64,000 nucleotides of DNA from assembly GCA_002423965.1 (NCBI GenBank), contig DIOR01000027.1:117958-181957 (forward strand). The letters run 5' to 3'. The stretch's first letter is position 1. The number at the start of each line of letters is the position of its first letter. The translations under genes and the position numbers were made by a program. Under the pieces are notes generated by a model. It searched no databases. It was not told where the DNA came from and worked only from the letters and a program-made list of their open reading frames with translations. Below are positions 52,802 to 63,051 of the stretch, piece by piece. The stretch comes from Firmicutes bacterium UBA5509. Lineage in GTDB: Bacteria > Bacillota > Proteinivoracia > UBA4975.

Positions 52802-53455
52802 TCATTCATAAGGGAGAGGTATGGCTTGCACAAACTTGCCGCGAACAATAAGTCGCTTTGCCGATGAGACGCTTCCCACCCGCTGACAAGTTGTCAAAGT
52901 AATGGCAGCATAGTCCAAGGGGGCAATTACCTCAACCTGGGTTGGTTCGACAGAAAACACTTCTTCAACTTCATAAAAGTAATCCTCTTTGGGGGTGCGA
53001 AGGATTATTTCATCGCCGGGATTGAGGTCAAAGAGCTTGTGAAAATACCCTGCAGGTCCTCCCCTGTGCCCGGCAATCAATAAGTTGCCTACCTCACCAG
53101 GGAAGACACTTTCGGGATAATAGCTGGGTGGTTGGTTGAGCTTGCGGGAGAAAACTCCCATGTCCGTGACTGCCACCACTTGCACCGACAAGTCAACTGC
53201 AGGGATCTCCAGTTGGGTGGGGGGGAACTCGTCCCACTTCGGGAAAGAAGGCTCCTGCTGATTATCTTTTCCGCCAATGGCCTCAATATGATATTTCTGC
53301 CATTGTTCTATAAAAGCCTGTTCCAGACGACTCTGTTCCAACCGGGCCTGAATTCTTAAATATATCGGATACGCTATCATGGCCAGACCGGCAATTATGA
53401 GGATTATTGCCACAATATTAGTTACTCTCCCCCTGGTCACATCATCACCCCGCAA
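52802..53455 (-). CDS. sortase (class D/E-like transpeptidase)
   Basis: N-terminal TM anchor. Catalytic His in LIAGHR, Cys in TLTTCQ (TLxTC) and Arg in LIVRG. Confidence 0.85.
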   Translation of the reverse strand: MRGDDVTRGRVTNIVAIILIIAGLAMIAYPIYLRIQARLEQSRLEQAFIEQWQKYHIEAIGGKDNQQEPSFPKWDEFPPTQLEIPAVDLSVQVVAVTDMGVFSRKLNQPPSYYPESVFPGEVGNLLIAGHRGGPAGYFHKLFDLNPGDEIILRTPKEDYFYEVEEVFSVEPTQVEVIAPLDYAAITLTTCQRVGSVSSAKRLIVRGKFVQAIPLPYE

Positions 53456-53487
53456 GAGATCTAGCCCTTCTTCAACATGTGCCTGGT

Positions 53488-54378
53488 TTATTCTTTGGCA
53501 TTCTCGGCAATAGCTGCCTTTAAATTGCGCAAGAATTTACGATGTTCTATGGCAAAGTTGCCGGTTACGCTGCCGTTGTCGGGAACAGACCTTGTGACAA
53601 CTGCACCCATATTAGCCCTGGCGTCCTCGCCAACGGTAATACCGTTTGTAATCGTCGCCCCAAATCCTAACCAGGCCCCATCTTTTACTATAGTCCTGCC
53701 TCCTAAGCCGACATTGGCCACAACCATTACATTTTTGCCTATCTTGACTCCATGGGCAATATGGACCAAGTTATCTATCTTCGAGTAGTCTCCAATGGCA
53801 GTGTCATCCCAGGGATAAATGCCTCTGTCCACGCAGGTGTTATATTGGATTTCAACGTTCTTACCAATTTTAACCCCCCCTGCATGCACCACACTTAAAA
53901 GACCAGAGTCAGTTCTCTTGAATTCAAAACCCTGCCCGCCAATTATGCAGCCAGCGCGGATAATTGTGTCATCGTCAATAACAGTGTTTTCACGGATGAC
54001 GACAAATTCTTCTATGGTAACATTTTTTCCCATAATAATATTGCTTTCTGCGATGCTTGCCAGGGGACTGATCTTACAACCGGAACCAATAGTTAAAGGA
54101 AATCTGTCCCGAGCATATCCCTCTTTAGCAGACAGATAATTGTGGATGACAAAGAAAAGCTCTCTGGGTTTTTCAACTATACATTTTCCATATGCCCTAT
54201 CTAACAGAGGACTTACCTCTGCAGTTGTAAGGACCATGGTTACGTTACCAGTAATTGAACCGATATAATCTGCTGAGTCGAGAAAAACGCAACTAGGCTG
54301 TGATAAGCCTGAAGCCGTTAACGCCAAATAGTCAAAGGGTTTCTCGTCAATACACTGATAATCTCCGGAGAAGTCCAT
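53488..54378 (-). CDS. left-handed beta-helix (hexapeptide-repeat) amino-sugar N-acyl/acetyltransferase, PglD/LpxD-like
   Basis: About 8 tandem hexapeptide repeats ([LIV]G.N..I) in the C-terminal half and an N-terminal Rossmann-like domain. 296 aa. Confidence 0.7.
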   Translation of the reverse strand: MDFSGDYQCIDEKPFDYLALTASGLSQPSCVFLDSADYIGSITGNVTMVLTTAEVSPLLDRAYGKCIVEKPRELFFVIHNYLSAKEGYARDRFPLTIGSGCKISPLASIAESNIIMGKNVTIEEFVVIRENTVIDDDTIIRAGCIIGGQGFEFKRTDSGLLSVVHAGGVKIGKNVEIQYNTCVDRGIYPWDDTAIGDYSKIDNLVHIAHGVKIGKNVMVVANVGLGGRTIVKDGAWLGFGATITNGITVGEDARANMGAVVTRSVPDNGSVTGNFAIEHRKFLRNLKAAIAENAKE

Positions 54379-54407
54379 TTCCTTCAGGATTTTGCTTAAA
54401 AATATAA

Positions 54408-55598
54408 TTATCTCCCCCTCTTCGTTATTTTCCTGTCAGCAAAGATCCTTGCGTAGAGTTCTGTTAACTTATTTTCCTCTCGTTCCCAGCAAAATATCCT
54501 GGCGGCTTTCACTGCATTCTCCGAGTAAGTCCGGTAAAGATCATGACCCCAGAATGCGTTAATTTCACTGGAGATTATCTCAGGATCCCAGGAATCTAAA
54601 ACCAGTCCGACTTTGTGCTCTTCGACAACTTTCCGCATCTCCGGAAGGTTGCTGACAATCACCGGGAAGCCGGCCTGCATATATTCGAATAATTTATTGG
54701 GAAGACAGTAATGATAGCTTAAGCATACATCTTCGATTAAACTTACGCCTATATCCCCTCCGGCGGTATAGGGAGCCAAATCTGACGGGGGTACTGCGGG
54801 GTGAAAATAGACTTTAGCCTCGACACCTAAGTCTGTAGCCAGCTCTTTCAGGTGTGGGACAAGGAGACCATTGCCCAAAATAACAATGACAAATTTATCG
54901 CTTAAATACCTGGATGCCTTAACCAGCGGTTCCAGCCCCCGGTAGGAGCTGACAACCCCCTGATATAAAAGTATAACTTTATCAGCGTTAATACCCAAAT
55001 CCTTTCTCAAAGGAGATGCATCCCGTGAAAACTCTTCCCGGGCTCGATAAGTCGGAAGATTTCTCAGCAGGACAATTCCTTCAAAACCAAAGCTCTTTTC
55101 CATGTGCTTTGCAGTAGGCTGGGAAGCAGTAATAACTCCTGCTGCTCTGCGGGCGATAAAACGCTCCATTTTTGCAGCAGTTCGTTTTACAATAGCCGGG
55201 CGTTTAGCAATATGAGCTGTATGCCCCCAAAGTTCATGGGCATCATAAACCAGTTTGCACTTAGTTAGTTTTGTAATTAAATAACCAATAGGCAGGGCAT
55301 CCCGGTCGTGAGCATGCACAAGAATCGGCCGCAATTTCCTGCCTTTCCATACCATCTTCCAGACACACTCAAAGTATTTAAACATCTGCCAAACGAGTTT
55401 TTTTGGCCAAGATTTGGTCCGCAGGTGAAATCGCGTCAACTCATGAGTGTCGGTGGTCTCCTTAAGAGGCAGGCCTTTTTCGTGCAACGAAAAAACCTGA
55501 ACCTGGTACCCAGCATCAGTCAGGGTTTTGCATTCCCGTAACACTCGAGAATCATTAGTAAAACTGTTGAGGACAATGTGCAGGACCGTATTAGGCAT
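54408..55598 (-). CDS. GT4-family glycosyltransferase
   Basis: 396 aa with the C-terminal GT4 (GT-B) fold. The E-x7-E region is around FEYMQAGFPVIVSNLPEMRKVVEEHKVGLV. Confidence 0.8.
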   Translation of the reverse strand: MPNTVLHIVLNSFTNDSRVLRECKTLTDAGYQVQVFSLHEKGLPLKETTDTHELTRFHLRTKSWPKKLVWQMFKYFECVWKMVWKGRKLRPILVHAHDRDALPIGYLITKLTKCKLVYDAHELWGHTAHIAKRPAIVKRTAAKMERFIARRAAGVITASQPTAKHMEKSFGFEGIVLLRNLPTYRAREEFSRDASPLRKDLGINADKVILLYQGVVSSYRGLEPLVKASRYLSDKFVIVILGNGLLVPHLKELATDLGVEAKVYFHPAVPPSDLAPYTAGGDIGVSLIEDVCLSYHYCLPNKLFEYMQAGFPVIVSNLPEMRKVVEEHKVGLVLDSWDPEIISSEINAFWGHDLYRTYSENAVKAARIFCWEREENKLTELYARIFADRKITKRGR

Positions 55599-56740
55599 TA
55601 TTTTTCCCCTCGCAACATGAACTTTAATGAGTCTAGTATTGTCGCCAATTTGCTGGTTACAGTGTTTACCTGTTCTTCACTCATTTTAGTAAAAAAAGGT
55701 AAGGCAATAGTTCTTGCCGCAATATCTTCTGTTACTGGGAAATCCCCGGGCGAATAACCCGTCATTTTAATAATATGGGGCTGGTGATGAATAGGGGTGA
55801 AATACGGCTTGCAACCAACTCCCTCTTCTTGTAGCCGATACATCACATCATTCCTGTTAACTCCGGCATCTAAGGTTATCACATAGACAAACCAGCTCAT
55901 CCTGGTAACATTGCCGTCAATCCAGGGTGCGCTAACTCCAGGAATACCCTGCAGCCTTCGTGCGTACATCTCCGCCACCTTTTGACGGGCAGCGATAATT
56001 TCATCAAGCCGTTCCATTTGGGCGACACCAATGGCCGCATGTACTTCACTTAAACGGTAGTTATACCCAAGACGTTGGTGCTGTAGCCAGGTTCCTGTGT
56101 CCGCCCTACCTTGGCTGCGCATGCTGCGGCATAATTCAGCAATTTCATCGTCATTGGTTACAATTACTCCGCCCTCAGCTGTGGTAATCTGTTTATTAGG
56201 ATAAAAGGCGAAAGCCGCCACCTTAGACTGAGAACCAACCTTCTTGCCATTCCAGACTGATCCCAAAGCCTCGCAGCTGTCCTGAATAACCACTAGGTCA
56301 TGGCGGCGGGCAATGTCATTGACAGCCTCAATGTCGAATGGCTGACCAAAAACATCCACCGGCAAAATCGCCTTGGTTTTGGGGGTTATCTTTGCTTCTA
56401 CCTGACTGATATCAAGATTGTATGTGCGGGGGTCAATATCGACGAATATCGGTTTACCCCCTTCAAACAAAATGCAGTTAGTTGAGGCAATAAAGCTAAA
56501 AGGCGTGGTGATGACTTCGTCACCCTCTTCAATACCACAGGCCCTCATCATTAAGTGCAGAGCACTAGTACCGCTGTTTACAGCTACGGCATGTTTTACG
56601 CCTATATATTTGCTAATTTGCTGCTCAAATCTTTCGATTACCGGGCCAATGCTGAGCACGCCTGAACGCAAGACCTCATTGACGTAGTAAATTTCATTTT
56701 CTCCAATATCTGGTCGGGCCAGAGGAATCATTTCTTTCAT
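55598..56740 (-). CDS. DegT/DnrJ/EryC1/StrS-family PLP-dependent sugar aminotransferase (PglE/ArnB-like); start trimmed to MKEMIPLARPDIG
   Basis: Signature GVKHAVAVNSGTSALHLMMRACGIEEGDEVITTPFSFIAS with a PLP-Lys region downstream. GGGAGGAAA RBS 6 nt before the internal ATG. The stop overlaps the next gene start. Confidence 0.9.
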   Translation of the reverse strand: MKEMIPLARPDIGENEIYYVNEVLRSGVLSIGPVIERFEQQISKYIGVKHAVAVNSGTSALHLMMRACGIEEGDEVITTPFSFIASTNCILFEGGKPIFVDIDPRTYNLDISQVEAKITPKTKAILPVDVFGQPFDIEAVNDIARRHDLVVIQDSCEALGSVWNGKKVGSQSKVAAFAFYPNKQITTAEGGVIVTNDDEIAELCRSMRSQGRADTGTWLQHQRLGYNYRLSEVHAAIGVAQMERLDEIIAARQKVAEMYARRLQGIPGVSAPWIDGNVTRMSWFVYVITLDAGVNRNDVMYRLQEEGVGCKPYFTPIHHQPHIIKMTGYSPGDFPVTEDIAARTIALPFFTKMSEEQVNTVTSKLATILDSLKFMLRGEK

Positions 56741-58329
56741 TTCTTTCCTCCCTGCTCTGTTTGGCTGAATATCTTCTGCCATATCTTCTTGATCAGAGCC
56801 TTTGTTTCATTGGTTCCCTGGGCTTTAAACAATATGGCGCAGAGGAAGTATATCCCCGCCCCAAGGATAATCACTGCTGCCAGAAGCACTGCTGCCCACA
56901 ATCTTCCCGAAGGGATCAAGGGCATCAGAATGTTATATATAAAGTATACCACTATCCCCATCAGCAATGAAGCGGCAAGTGACTTACCCGCATCTGCCAG
57001 CATGGGCCAAACTTTTAAGCCCCCGATTTTCCGGGCCAGGAGCCATACCAACAATACCCCCCCAAACCAGTGGGACAGTGAAGTGGCCAAGGCCAGCCCC
57101 CCATGCTTGAGGCTACCAATAAAGAGGAAATTTAACAATACATTAATAGAAATCGAGCCAAAAGAAACCAATAGGGGAGTCTTGGCATCACCCATGGCAT
57201 AAAAAGCTTTAATTGAAAAGGAGCTAAGCATTGTCCCAATGAGGCCTATGCTGTAAAACCTTAAGGGAATTGCAGTCTGTATAACTGCTTCTGTGTCGAA
57301 GTTGCCCCGTTGAAAGACTAATTGGGTTATCGGCAATGCCAGTGCCACAAAGCCTACCACCATCGGTATCAGCAAAAACTGCATGGAATTGATCGCCTTG
57401 GTGAAGGTATCTCGAAACTTGTCATATTCCTGACTATTTATATAGTCTACAAGACTCGGGTAGACCACCGTGATAATTGAAGCAACCAGCAAGCCTTGAG
57501 GCAAGCCCACCAAGCGGGAAGAATAATTGAGGTAGGAAATGCTTCCCTCCGCCAATGTAGAGGCAAACATTTTGTCAGTTACAGATTTAATCTGGCTAGC
57601 CATACTCCCTAAAATTACCGGAGGCAGCAAGTGCAAAATCTCTTTGAGCCCATCGGCGGATGGCACCTTCAAGTCACCATGCATCTTGGTCTTCAACAAC
57701 CAGGGTAACTTAAACAACGTCTGGGAAGCCACGCCAAAAAGAGTTCCCCAGACCAGGGCGTAAATACCCAGCTTCTGATAGAGAGCAAAACTCACGCCAA
57801 TAATAACGAGGTTGTAAGGAAAACCATCCATTGCCGGGATGACAAAATTTCTGTTGACATGGAGAACTGCCCGGGTAACTGAAGAAAGGAAGCGGAACAG
57901 AATCATTACGCACAGGATTTTCACCATACCTGCGGTTATGCTGGCAGTGGCATCGTCAAAACCAACGGCAAAGAGCTTAACCAACTGCTTAGAAAACAGC
58001 CCAATAGGAAGGACAAATAACAGAGCGGTCACTACCAAGCCAATAAGAATAAATCTTATCACCAAGGACTTGTCCCGCTTTTGTTTGCGAAAACGGTCAT
58101 ATACCGGTATAAACACACTGTTGACAGCAGACCCCACCCCCGAATAAAGCAGGGTTGGGATAGTCAACGCCATATTAAAGGCATCCGTCAAAGCCGTCGC
58201 CCCGAAAAGGGCAGCTATTACCATTTCCCTGCCAAAACCCAGGACTTTGCTGGCCATGGTCAGGACAATCACTATTATTGCAGAGCGTGTTATATTCTTT
58301 TCCATTATTATCCCCCTTGCCTGCGGCAA
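56737..58329 (-). CDS. MurJ/MviN-family lipid-linked oligosaccharide flippase
   Basis: N-terminus VLGFGREMVIAALFGATALTDAFNMALTIP is the MurJ hallmark. About 14 TM helices. 530 aa. Confidence 0.75.
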   Translation of the reverse strand: MPQARGIIMEKNITRSAIIVIVLTMASKVLGFGREMVIAALFGATALTDAFNMALTIPTLLYSGVGSAVNSVFIPVYDRFRKQKRDKSLVIRFILIGLVVTALLFVLPIGLFSKQLVKLFAVGFDDATASITAGMVKILCVMILFRFLSSVTRAVLHVNRNFVIPAMDGFPYNLVIIGVSFALYQKLGIYALVWGTLFGVASQTLFKLPWLLKTKMHGDLKVPSADGLKEILHLLPPVILGSMASQIKSVTDKMFASTLAEGSISYLNYSSRLVGLPQGLLVASIITVVYPSLVDYINSQEYDKFRDTFTKAINSMQFLLIPMVVGFVALALPITQLVFQRGNFDTEAVIQTAIPLRFYSIGLIGTMLSSFSIKAFYAMGDAKTPLLVSFGSISINVLLNFLFIGSLKHGGLALATSLSHWFGGVLLVWLLARKIGGLKVWPMLADAGKSLAASLLMGIVVYFIYNILMPLIPSGRLWAAVLLAAVIILGAGIYFLCAILFKAQGTNETKALIKKIWQKIFSQTEQGGKK

Positions 58330-58338
58330 TCCAACCCA

Positions 58339-59532
58339 TTAATTCCCTTTATCTGCTGTACTGATGGTTTCCTCAAACAGATTAATCATTTTTGATGCAT
58401 TAGTCTGCCAGGAATAATTGCCAAGGGCTAATTTTCTTGCCCTTAACCCCATTTCCCTGACACCATCGGGATCGCCCAGCAATTGATCCAGTGCCTTAAC
58501 TAGTGAATCGAGACTGTTTGGTTCAATTAACAGCCCCGTTTCACCAGAATAAACGACATCAGCAATCCCCTCTCCCCTGCAACCGATAACGGGCAAACCT
58601 GCCGCCATTGCCTCTAAATATGCAACACCAAAACCCTCCATACTGCTGGGGAGAGAGAAAATCCTGGCTTTAGCCAGCAGGCTTGGCACATCCTTATTGG
58701 GAACCTGACCCGTGAACGTAACCATATCCTGGACTTTCAACTCCTGGGCAAGTTGTCGCAGACTGCCGGCCTCCACCCCGTCCCCAACCACGGTATACCG
58801 AATATATGGATATTTACTGCGCAAAGCAGCCACGGCACGCAAGTTCAAGTCCAGCCCCTTTGATTGAACCAGGTTAGAAACACTGATAATTGTTCCTGCT
58901 GGGCCAGCAGGTTGTATTCCTAAGTATTTGTTGCTGTCGAAACCGTTATTTATTGCCACCGATTTCCAAGGCAAGTGGGTAAACTGATCCAACATTCTTT
59001 TTAATTTAGTGCTGACGGTAACAACCATGTCAGCTTCCTTGACAACATCAACTATAGCCTGACGACACCTGTTGTTGCGAAAGGCGGTTTGCTGGACGTC
59101 TTTACCGTGGACAGTTACCACCAGAGGGATTCCCAAATACCGCTTGAGAAATATCCCCGCCTGACCATCAGGTAAAATAGTATGAGCATAAATCAGTGAA
59201 AAGGGATTTTCTTTATGGAGTTTGGCAACATGTTTGCGCATCGCCAGGTTTAGTCTGAAGCCGCTGCTGGCCATGCCTATACCTCGTGGAAAGACAAGAT
59301 AAGCCGGACGACGGGCAACAATTCCGTCAAAGTTGACGACTTTAGGAATACTGCTAAATTTTCGCCAGCGGGGATTAAAAAAGCCTATTGGATAAGGTGC
59401 CCAGGGACGTGGAGCGAGAACCGTTAAATTACAGCCCTGGCGCATTAATTCCAGGTTCTGCTGGTGAACGAAAATGCCGTTATTACTGTTACCCGGATAA
59501 GGATACATATGGGAGATAACGAGGATATTCAC
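58339..59532 (-). CDS. GT4-family glycosyltransferase (start trimmed to GTG about 59532)
   Basis: AGGAGG sits 7 nt before a GTG giving MNILVISHMYPYPGNSNNG, the typical GT4 N-terminus. The C-terminal GT-B domain has LPSSMEGFGVAYLEAMAAGLPVI. Confidence 0.8.
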   Translation of the reverse strand: MNILVISHMYPYPGNSNNGIFVHQQNLELMRQGCNLTVLAPRPWAPYPIGFFNPRWRKFSSIPKVVNFDGIVARRPAYLVFPRGIGMASSGFRLNLAMRKHVAKLHKENPFSLIYAHTILPDGQAGIFLKRYLGIPLVVTVHGKDVQQTAFRNNRCRQAIVDVVKEADMVVTVSTKLKRMLDQFTHLPWKSVAINNGFDSNKYLGIQPAGPAGTIISVSNLVQSKGLDLNLRAVAALRSKYPYIRYTVVGDGVEAGSLRQLAQELKVQDMVTFTGQVPNKDVPSLLAKARIFSLPSSMEGFGVAYLEAMAAGLPVIGCRGEGIADVVYSGETGLLIEPNSLDSLVKALDQLLGDPDGVREMGLRARKLALGNYSWQTNASKMINLFEETISTADKGN

Positions 59533-59543
59533 GCAATCGCCTC

Positions 59544-60806
59544 CTATCCTTCTGGTTCGAGGTTGCAAGCAGACCAGAAGTATACAAACAGCAGCCAGAA
59601 CAGTTTCATCAACAGGCCATCCTCCCCGGAAATGCAGATGTTAAGGACATACATTACAGGGAGAGAGTAAATCAAGACTTTCTGATAAAATAAATGCCCT
59701 CTTGCAGAGACAAAACTCAACACAATGAAGAGAAAATACAGGATTATGGCGACAGTGGATTTTAGCAGGCCACCTTCAATGAAGGCATTGAAATAAAAAT
59801 TGTGAGGATGATTGCCTTCCCCAAACAAATCTGTATATGCCTTGGTTCCGGCGCCAAAAATAAGCTGAAACACCGAAAATTCATTTATGTAGTCAGTAGC
59901 CTGAGCGATTCGCTCCACCCTGCCCCCGAACAGTCCCAATATCCCATCCTGGCGAATGGTACCAAGGATTCTGTCAACAGTTCGAAACTTAGTGCCGTCA
60001 TTCAGCATTGGCAACGCTGCAGACAAGACTAGGATGCCTAGGACAAGTACTGCTGTCAGGGAGATAATAAGACGCCTTGACCGAAGAAGAGTCAAAACTG
60101 TTATAACCAGCAGGGGGATGGCATAAAAGATGACGCCCCGCCGGGAACCGCTATAGAGCAGCATAAAAGTCAGCAAGCCATAAGAGCCTAGCATTGCAAG
60201 GTGGACCAGCCATACTTTCTTTTTGATAATTTGATTCAAGAGGGCAACAGATAGGAGCACAGAGACAATTAAATGCAGATAAAAAACATTATAGTCAGCA
60301 AACACACTGATGCCATTGGCAGACCAGTTTCTTGCCCTATTGGAGGCCGAAAAAACAAACATAAGCAGAGCAAACAGGGAGATTGCCCCGCTCCCCTCCA
60401 ATATTTTCATGGCGAAACCCGACCTGAACTTTTGCAACACCAGTATACTTGACATTGAAAGCAGGAAAAACCACAAAATCCTCAGGGTTTTCTGGAAGGC
60501 GGCTCCGGGAAGCGGAGACCAGCCAATGCCGATAAAGCTAAGGGCGATATAGAAAAGGAGAATAAGGAGAAGAGCTTTTTTTAATTGTTTCGCCCCTTCA
60601 AATTTAAGCTTTAACGTGCCGAATACAAAAAACTCAATGCCCAACAAACCCACTAAACCAACAGCAGCGAGCATGAAAGAGGTAATACCAAAAATACTGC
60701 GAAAAAAATCTACTCCTGTTTCAAACAGGGAAGCCGCCCATAAGACTGCCACGCAGGCAACCTGGATCAAAGCATAAATTTTTTGTCGCTGCTCAATAGT
60801 ATCCAT
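59544..60806 (-). CDS. O-antigen ligase / Wzy-like polymerase family membrane protein
   Basis: 420 aa with about 10-12 TM helices and a large extracytoplasmic loop near the C-terminal third, as in Wzy_C proteins. Confidence 0.6.
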   Translation of the reverse strand: MDTIEQRQKIYALIQVACVAVLWAASLFETGVDFFRSIFGITSFMLAAVGLVGLLGIEFFVFGTLKLKFEGAKQLKKALLLILLFYIALSFIGIGWSPLPGAAFQKTLRILWFFLLSMSSILVLQKFRSGFAMKILEGSGAISLFALLMFVFSASNRARNWSANGISVFADYNVFYLHLIVSVLLSVALLNQIIKKKVWLVHLAMLGSYGLLTFMLLYSGSRRGVIFYAIPLLVITVLTLLRSRRLIISLTAVLVLGILVLSAALPMLNDGTKFRTVDRILGTIRQDGILGLFGGRVERIAQATDYINEFSVFQLIFGAGTKAYTDLFGEGNHPHNFYFNAFIEGGLLKSTVAIILYFLFIVLSFVSARGHLFYQKVLIYSLPVMYVLNICISGEDGLLMKLFWLLFVYFWSACNLEPEG

Positions 60807-60835
60807 TTGCCTGCCTCCTTAGCCTGCAGCCGAAA

Positions 60836-61687
60836 CTAACTCCCCTGCTTGCGAGCATTCATACCAGCGCGGACAAAATCTGCGATAATGACGAGAATTG
60901 CCCCTGCAAATAAACCCGAAACAGCAAAGAAAATTATTTTTGTTTGGCTTAAGGGAGTCGAAGTAGCGTACTTTACTTCTTCTAAATACTTCAAATCATA
61001 GCGATTTAAGATATCTGGGACACTATCCCTTATGGCTAACATCTCATCCCGGGAGTATTCTAATTGAGACAATTGAATATAAAGCCGGGTCACTTCTTCA
61101 GAAAATGTCTCGTGATATAGTTCATCCACTTGTTGTTTTTGGTGTTTCTCCAAGTTCTCAATCTCACCGCTGCGGTAGATAATGTCGTAATCGATGCGCT
61201 CCAGGATGCCATCAATCATTTGGTGAGTCCTTCCAGAGCGATAGCGATTAGCAGCAGAAGTATAAGCAGCCAGCCCTTTATCAAGGAGCTGAGCATGGGC
61301 AGCCACTTCTTTGGTGCGCACAGTTATTCTGACATTCTGACCTGATCTGGTAACACTGACCCCTTGAGGAAGTTCATCGATACCAGCTAGTATAGCATTG
61401 ATTATACCTTCATCAAGTTGTCTAGTAATGGCGCGGTCAAGCTCGTATAGGTTTGAGAAAAAGTTAGCTACATAAAAATTGCGATGAATTAAATAATCAG
61501 CATCAATGACCGGTTCATACCTGATTTGAAGGGTGGACTGACCAGGTATGAAATACTGGGTAAAGAGTATACCTCCTAACACTTGCAAAATCATTACAGC
61601 CAGAATAACAAATTTCTTCTTCCATAAGAGGGGTAACAGAGCGAAGATATCAATCTTCTCAATACGATTCATTTTTTCATCTCCCAT
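60836..61687 (-). CDS. Wzz-like polysaccharide co-polymerase / chain-length determinant
   Basis: An N-terminal TM (FVILAVMILQVLGGILF) and a C-terminal TM (IIFFAVSGLFAGAILVIIADF) flank a coiled-coil-rich extracytoplasmic domain. Confidence 0.5.
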   Translation of the reverse strand: MGDEKMNRIEKIDIFALLPLLWKKKFVILAVMILQVLGGILFTQYFIPGQSTLQIRYEPVIDADYLIHRNFYVANFFSNLYELDRAITRQLDEGIINAILAGIDELPQGVSVTRSGQNVRITVRTKEVAAHAQLLDKGLAAYTSAANRYRSGRTHQMIDGILERIDYDIIYRSGEIENLEKHQKQQVDELYHETFSEEVTRLYIQLSQLEYSRDEMLAIRDSVPDILNRYDLKYLEEVKYATSTPLSQTKIIFFAVSGLFAGAILVIIADFVRAGMNARKQGS

Positions 61688-61821
61688 TCCCTTAACACCC
61701 CCAAGGTGGTGTTAAGTAGCATAAGCTTGTCCCCACCAGCACTGCAAAATAATGAATTACTTAAGACCCCATTCCCATTTCCACAACGGGACCGATGGTG
61801 CGAGAAGTCAGTTCCTATGGA

Positions 61822-63051
61822 TCAATTGATTTCATTCCCTAAGCACCTGGCGATCACGTTTTCCAGTTTATTTGTGAGAATTGGGATATCATATGATTCT
61901 TCCGCAAGGCGTCTGCCCCGCCGCCCCATTTCCTGGGCCATGGCCTGATCCGCCATTATTTTTAATATTGCCTTTGCTGTAGCTTTAGAATCCTCAGGCT
62001 CCACTGAGATCCCCGCCCCTGCATCGCGAACAAGGTCATTGGAAGCCTTGCCTGAAAAGACTATTGGATTACCGCTTGCAAGGTAAACATAAAGTTTGTT
62101 TAGGCTAATGCCATATTGATAGAGGTCAATATTTTTCATGGCGACAATATTGAGGTGGCATCCCCTTAGCAGGGCCGGAATCAGTGAGTAGGGCTGCTGG
62201 CCCATGAAATGCACATTATCCAGGCCCATGTCAGCTATCTCTGATTTTAAGCGCTCAACTTCAGTGCCCTGACCAAAGAGGAGGAAGCAAACTCTGTCTG
62301 CACCTTCTGCGGCAATTTCCCTGGCAGCACCGATAATAGTATCCATTTGATTTGGCTTGCCCATGGCCCCTGCATAGGCAACAATATATTTATTGTTATA
62401 GGGCTTGAGGATCTCCGCTGCCTTGCCGGCATTTTCCTGAGCAAAGCAGTCAAACTCCTTAATGTCTACACCATTGGATATATGGGTAATCTTATCAGGA
62501 TTAGTTCCATACCTTTTACAAATATAGATATCACCCGCAGGCGCAAGTGAGATAATATGCTTGGACTTTTTATAAGCACGTTTTTCCAGCCTACAAAAAA
62601 ACCACGACTGAATGCTTTTTTCGCCTATTACGCCCATGTCAATAAGAGTCTGAGGCCATAAATCCCGAACCTCAGCAATAAAAGGCGCCCCGGCTTTGCG
62701 GGCGATACTTTCAGCTGCCAGCCAAGCGAAAGGATGCACCGATGAACCAATGACAATGTCGGGTTTATATCCTTTGGGCAGGCAGCCCTTGACTCTGGCG
62801 GTAAATTGCAGCATGTTCGTTACTCTTCCGGGTCCATTCCCCCGGTATGAGCATGTGGGAACAAAGATATAATTTATACCCTCGGAAACAACAACTCCTG
62901 TCCTTTGCGCACTTGTTTTGTGCTGAAAACTGGCAGCGGCAATTGTGACGCCATAGCCCCGCCTCACCATTTCCCGGGCCAGTTGAGAATGGCGCCCAGA
63001 GCCTAGACTGGCATAATGGTTGATAATAAGGATTTCAGGCATTTTTTTCAC
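61822..63051 (-). CDS. GT4-family glycosyltransferase
   Basis: N-terminus ILIINHYASLGSGRHSQLAREMVRRGYGVTI (the Glyco_trans_4-like N domain) and a C-terminal GT-B domain. Confidence 0.75.
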   Translation of the reverse strand: MKKMPEILIINHYASLGSGRHSQLAREMVRRGYGVTIAAASFQHKTSAQRTGVVVSEGINYIFVPTCSYRGNGPGRVTNMLQFTARVKGCLPKGYKPDIVIGSSVHPFAWLAAESIARKAGAPFIAEVRDLWPQTLIDMGVIGEKSIQSWFFCRLEKRAYKKSKHIISLAPAGDIYICKRYGTNPDKITHISNGVDIKEFDCFAQENAGKAAEILKPYNNKYIVAYAGAMGKPNQMDTIIGAAREIAAEGADRVCFLLFGQGTEVERLKSEIADMGLDNVHFMGQQPYSLIPALLRGCHLNIVAMKNIDLYQYGISLNKLYVYLASGNPIVFSGKASNDLVRDAGAGISVEPEDSKATAKAILKIMADQAMAQEMGRRGRRLAEESYDIPILTNKLENVIARCLGNEIN

